Part shown: positions 58,515 through 64,000 of the stretch, in pieces
How the letters are laid out: the number at the start of each line of letters is the position of its first letter
Position numbering within the stretch: position 1 is the stretch's first letter
NCBI GenBank assembly: GCA_051294375.1
Contig: CM119264.1
Coordinates: 15,587,473-15,651,472, forward strand
From: Paraspadella gotoi
Lineage: Eukaryota; Animalia; Chaetognatha
Length of the DNA stretch: 64,000 bases
Direction: 5' to 3'
Notes under the pieces: model-generated
The model's database searches: none
The model's input: only the letters and a program-made list of their open reading frames with translations
Told to the model about the DNA's origin: nothing
Position numbers and translations under genes: made by a program

Positions 58515-60451
58515 TTTTTTTTTTTTTTGATGAAGACTTGTAAAACAAGTCGAAACATGTCTGTTCAACTATAAATAAAATTCGTTGCAAACAAAAACTT
58601 TGTCAATTCTCTAATATTTATTGCTATAACTTGTAATATTATCTACACTTTTTCTTACTTTTAAAAAATCAGCAGTGCGGCACCTTCTCTCCGTGATATC
58701 ATTTATGCATTAACCATGTTCTTCATAGAGACGAAGAAAGGGTCAGAATCCCATTCGGAAGGTTCCACTGGCATCTCCTCGGCGGCAGCGCGATGAACTT
58801 CTATAGAAGCAGCGAGGGCTGCAAGCAAATCTTGATCAGCCGTTTGTGAAAACAGCGCAAGACTGACCATTCTCTCCGAGAGCCACCAGCATTGCCTCTC
58901 CATAACTGTCATACACGCTACAGCTATGTTACGGTTGACCCTGTAAACAATGAAATATTATTTTGGTTAAAAACTGCTATAAAGTCACTTCATTTACTTT
59001 TTGTAGCGGCAAAGTCTTTTATAAAACTTTAAATCCTGAAATGCTGCTTCGGCAGCGAAGTTGGCTGTGAACCATGGTATGGTGAATTAATTTTTTATTA
59101 GTAAAAAAAACTAAGGCTAAAAATTTTTTTAAAAAACTTACGAATATTTTACTGGTTTATTCCTGTAAAAGATATTTTCTGATGAAAAACAAACATTATG
59201 TTAACTAATATTTTTACCCTACCTCTTACAGTTCCATCAACTCCTCATAATCTCCCCTTTGAAAGGCTGACTTTCCGTTGGCTCGAATATCCGATGAAAT
59301 AGCGCAGAGATCGTCGATCCAATCTTGGAAAGGATTGTCGATGGAAAGAAGGTTGGGACTATCTTCAGCAGTGAAGTCGCGCGAAAAAGAAATACTTTTA
59401 GTCCACCAGGAATGAAAGTCCTTTATCAGTTTTTCGCCGGGACAAACACTGCCTCGCCTAAACACGGCTGACCAAGCTGCTTTTGCTATCAATATATGTG
59501 GTGACGACAAGCACACTAAAGAAGAGGACGGCCAAGATGCAATTCGAGCCGGGTACAAGCTCCTGCATGCACACAAAGATTATTTAACTAACATATTGAG
59601 ATAAAGGAGAAAATTGTTTTGTTTTGTTTTAGACAACAAATTTATTTATTAAGAAAAAATTTGATTTGAAGCATAATAGCCCAAGCATGTCCATTTTACT
59701 TAATAAATAAATTCGTTGTCTGAAACAAAACAAAACAATTTTTCTCCTTTGCTACTTACCACCGAAACGAAAGAATAAAAATAATTAATTCATGTTTCAC
59801 CTTGCGAAGAACCAGTGTTGGAGGTGATTGTATTGAAAGAGAGCGCCAACACCTTGTCATTTAGATGGCAACATTCCAAGCGATCGCGTACTTTGGTAAA
59901 GGTTTCTAAACCTAAACTTATATTTTATATAACTGATATTCTTTATGCTCAAGATTTACAAATATTAAATAAAAATATATATTTTTACCTGTTGAATTTA
60001 CAACCACCTCAAAGCCAAGCTGCTTTGTTCCAATAACTCCTGAGATGAGTACGGGCATATGCTCAATGACTTTGCCCCCTTGCTTTCCTCCCATTCTCAC
60101 TCGTTTCCCGTCGAAGTGATTATCGTATTCCGCGAGGTCAACGGAGAGATAAGCGTGGAGTCTTTCATCCTCACGAANNNNNNNNNNGGTAGAAAGACTC
60201 AGGGTGATGTCCTCAAGTTTACCACCGCCGATTATGATCAGTTGTTGAAGCATTTAAAGTAAAGCTTCATTGGAAATTTGAATTTGAAGCGAAAAGGTCT
60301 TGTTTTTCGTTTCTTTTTGAGGAGGTTTATACTATGATGAAAAAAAAAGTGTCGCGGTTACTTTCCAGTTATTTTTCGGCATTTTAATGTAAGAATCAAA
60401 AAATAAAACTTAGATATCAAGAAACTTTGGCCTTTTGTGATTCATATAAGC

Positions 60452-61077
60452 TGTGTCTCATTTATGTATGACAAAAAATACAGGAGTTCCAGGTAAAAAA
60501 AATGTATTGTCCAAAAAAATGCTTCCTTCATTTTTATCACTTTTATATTTATATTTTTTATTTATACTCATTTCCGGTTCTTTTTATTATTTTTTTAGTT
60601 CAACCAACACTATTAAAAATCCCTGCCTTTTCTCAGTCTCATGTCAAATGGTTATTGCATTATCTCCATTAGGATAGATTCAGGAATGAATCTTAATTCA
60701 TATGTCAAAAAAGAACAATATTAAAATTACATTGATGCTGTAGATGTTACAGAATATTAATTTTAAATTGTAAAATATTAATAAAAGTTATAAGACACTG
60801 AGTAACCTTTCTGTAAGTAAAGTTATCATTTTTATTTACCTTTGGATGTATTATCAAGTATCAAACAAGTCTAAAAATAAAAAAATACAGATTTTGTTGA
60901 AGTAAAAGACAATGAATTATCACATTATGCAGTAACAACTCAAGCCTTGTTTACTTTATAGAGGATCAATCTTTTGCACTGCTTGCTAAGGACCATTTTT
61001 TGCCCCAAATCTGATAAAAAATATCATGTCAGAGATATTATTTTAACAATAATATTAGTAGTTCTCTTAATCAAAAA
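60452..61077 (+). repeat. Near-identical direct duplicate of 63375-64000
   Basis: Second copy starts at an N-gap edge and runs to the window end. Confidence 0.9.
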
Positions 61078-64000
61078 GAAGTGAAAACAGTTAGAGACAA
61101 CCTCTTTTGGAAGTATTTGAATGCATTAAATAATTTAATACTGTTAAGAAATAATTATTTTATTCAGTCTTAGGGAGGTCATATTACCTATTAAAACTTG
61201 TTTTTTGGCCAAAAAATATATTTGATAATAAAACTGGCTTTTCCAAACCGCGACACTTTTTTTTTCCATCATGGTAAGATGATGACTCATCCATTAATTC
61301 CAACTCCTCAATTTTATCCCAGCCTCCTCCAAGAAGGCATCCGTATCAATTTCAGAAGCAATAAAATCCATCTGAATAGTAATAGGTCAAATCATTAATA
61401 AAATTTATGATATTTATCAATATTCTAAAGTATAATTTATAGATTAAACCTACCGTTTTTTCTTTTTCCCACTTCTATTTCTGCTCCGAAACCTTTCATT
61501 CTCATCGACTTTATTTTGCTCTTGTCGTTCTTGTTCCCTGACTTGGTCTCGATGAATGAGATCCACCCCAGCCATACGAGCAATGCCTTGTCTTTCGCCG
61601 CGAATTACTTGCCACCAAATGAGCATTTTGCGCATGAGCGTCAAAGTATTTTGACATGGACGCGATGAAGTCTTCTCACATTTTGGCATAGGTTGGCGAA
61701 AGAGTCATCCCATCGCTTCGGGTACGCTTTGAAACTGGATACGTGGTGGTTCGACTTTAAAGATAATATTATCATTATCTTATTTAATTTTAATTTCCTT
61801 GTCTTGTCCTTGTTCCTTGTCTCTCCCAACCATCCAAAGTTTTATTTGTTTGTTTCCATGGCGCTATTATCTGCTCTGCAATTCTGTCGCTCTCTGCCAC
61901 TGCTGCTGCCGCATTAACTCCAATGCCGAGCCGAAGCTGCACTCGTCAGCTGAATCAAGATAAACAGGAAAAAAAAGAACATCGGTTTTGCTAGTAACCT
62001 GACGAAAAAGATTTTCCTTTAGTTTCTTATTAAATAAAAATTTCATTCTTCTCTCCTTTATTTTTATGTTAAATAAAAATTTCGCGATAATAACTGGACT
62101 ATTTCACTTTAACCTGACCGTAAGATATGTAAATGGCTAAATACAAGAAAAGAAAAATTTTGCGAGCCCTTCAGACATATGGCTATGGGATTCCTGAATT
62201 TGAAGTTTATTGTAAAATGGCAACATACCTTAAATGCGTTGACATTGTATTGAAGTTGAGAAATCCCTTTATTTTATATATAAAAATTGCGTTAAAAATA
62301 TTTTCCCGAGCGGACCAGTCCATTTGAATTGGATGATTTGATGTCAAAATGATGGTTATTTGTCAAGAGAAAAAAAAATGCGAGCCCTTTAGATGTAACA
62401 GGATCGGAATCGAGTGTTTTTACATCTATTTTTTACCTGAATTTTTCCCAGGAGCGTTGACATTATTTGGTAGTCAGATTTTAACGAAAATCTCCATTGA
62501 AAAAGTCTTCCTCGATTTCTAAGAACGACGTAGACTCCTATGTTTCCTGTCATTAGCTCGTCTGACGGATTCTTAAGTTGTTAAATTTCGCGTTTATTTC
62601 GATACAATACTTATTTTTTTGTGCCAGGTCAATAATAAGGTCAATTATTTGCTCTATTCCTGAATCCTGACCCGGGTCAATGTCGCGGCTTAGTTTGCCC
62701 AGACGGTGAGGGGTGAGGGTGAGGGGTCAGAAAAGGTGGCAACGAATCGAGGTCTGGAGTCAGTGAGATAAAAGTTGTTCTTCCAGAAATTAAGTACAGT
62801 AAGTGCTATAGCCTCGGCTAAAACTTTCTATCTCCATGAAGCCCGTGATCATAACGAATTAATGTATTTTGTAGTAAGGTGTTGTGTGAAGAGTTGTTTG
62901 TTAAGATCCTTCAAAGGCAAATAGTAAGTTCATGTCAAATAATCATAATTCATTGCAAGTAATAACATACTAAGTAGGCTCCATCCGGGGAGTGTAGAAA
63001 AACCGATGTTCATCTCTCGTTCATCTCTCGTTCATTTCTCGTTCATCTCTCGTCAGCGGGCGATCCCTGGCGTTCACTTAGACTGTACTGAGCTTTTCTA
63101 CTCCGTAGTTACGTATTCAACAAAAGATCAGTGTTTATACGTCGACGCCAAGTATCGCGCGCGTACGATCTCTCTAACAAATAATACTATAATATAAAAA
63201 ATCTAAACTTCCGAGACCAAATAATTCGTTTGTACTGCGTTTTTTTTCAAATAAAAATTTGATAGAGCAATGCTCACATTTCTCTCGGTGAATATAGAAG
63301 CCAAAATCTCGTTTACATAATTTATAATCTGGCAAATTTATTTAATATGNNNNNNNNNNNNNNNNNNNNNNNNNTGTGTCTCATTTATGTATGACAAAAA
63401 ATACAGGAGTTCCAGGTAAAAAAAATGTATTGTCCAAAAAAATGCTTCCTTCATTTTTATCACTTTTATATTTATATTTTTTATTTATACTCANNNNNNN
63501 NNNTTTTTTATTATTTTTTTAGTTCAACCAACACTATTAAAAATCCCTGCCTTTTCTCAGTCTCATGTCAAATGGTTTATTGCATTATCTCCATTAGGAT
63601 AGATTCAGGAATGAATCTTAATTCATATGTCAAAAAAGAACAATATTAAAATTACATTGATGCTGTAGATGTTACAGAATATTAATTTTAAATTGTAAAA
63701 TATTAATAAAAGTTATAAGACACTGAGTAACCTTTCTGTAAGTAAAGTTATCATTTTTATTTACCTTTGGATGTATTATCAAGTATCAACAAGTCTAAAA
63801 ATAAAAAAAATACAGATTTTGTTGAAGTAAAAGACAATGAATTATCACATTATGCAGTAACAACTCAAGCCTTGTTTACTTATAGAGGATCAATCTTTTG
63901 CACTGCTTGCTAAGGACCATTTTTTGCCCCCAAATCTGATAAAAAATATCATGTCAGAGATATTATTTTAACAATAATATTAGTAGTTCTCTTAATCAAA

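Larger units (their letters stand above)
58228..61950 (-). pseudogene. Decayed, intron-containing hAT-superfamily (hATm-like) transposase
   Basis: Minus-strand exon fragments in order: RMAGVD (~61.56k), HFDGK..EHMPVLISG (~60.1k), LSFNTITSNTG (~59.83k), GACTRLE..LL*CACRHH and RGDYEELMEL (59.23-59.57k), PWFTA..A..DLKFYK (~59.03k), WWLSERMVSLALFS and NDITER (58.7-58.94k), HRETFHDNRKST* (~58.25k); GT-AG introns between several of them; in-frame stops and frameshifts. Confidence 0.82.

Noticed and set aside
61450-61755. In-frame TGA/TAG as stop-codon reassignment or selenocysteine
   Set aside because: Stops occur only in the frameshifted transposase fossil; all DEPDC5 exons are open under the standard code and use TGG for Trp

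Overview
AT-rich eukaryotic (animal-like) genomic DNA from a gapped draft assembly. One host gene dominates: DEPDC5/IML1 (GATOR1 subunit) on the + strand, with 18 exons I could splice in frame between 1098 and about 53050. Its 5' exons lie upstream of the window and its last exon(s) were not found. Splicing looks relaxed: one short intron (1417-1483) is best read as GA-AG, one is GC-AG, and two acceptors are AAG. The introns are packed with mobile DNA: two Helentron-associated (DINE-1/HINE-like) families that incubate 18-bp tandem arrays, three tRNA-derived SINE-like families, two hAT-type non-autonomous elements with exact 8-bp TSDs, an intron-containing decayed hAT (hATm-like) transposase on the - strand (about 58.2-61.95 kb), and several foldback/palindromic structures. 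A dispersed family of minimal type I hammerhead ribozymes also recurs, often inside small palindromic cassettes flanked by direct repeats (Penelope/retrozyme-like), and one filled/empty site pair is visible within the window. Family assignments come from motif recognition only; no database search was run. Most long ORFs in the supplied track are artefacts of N-gaps or tandem repeats.
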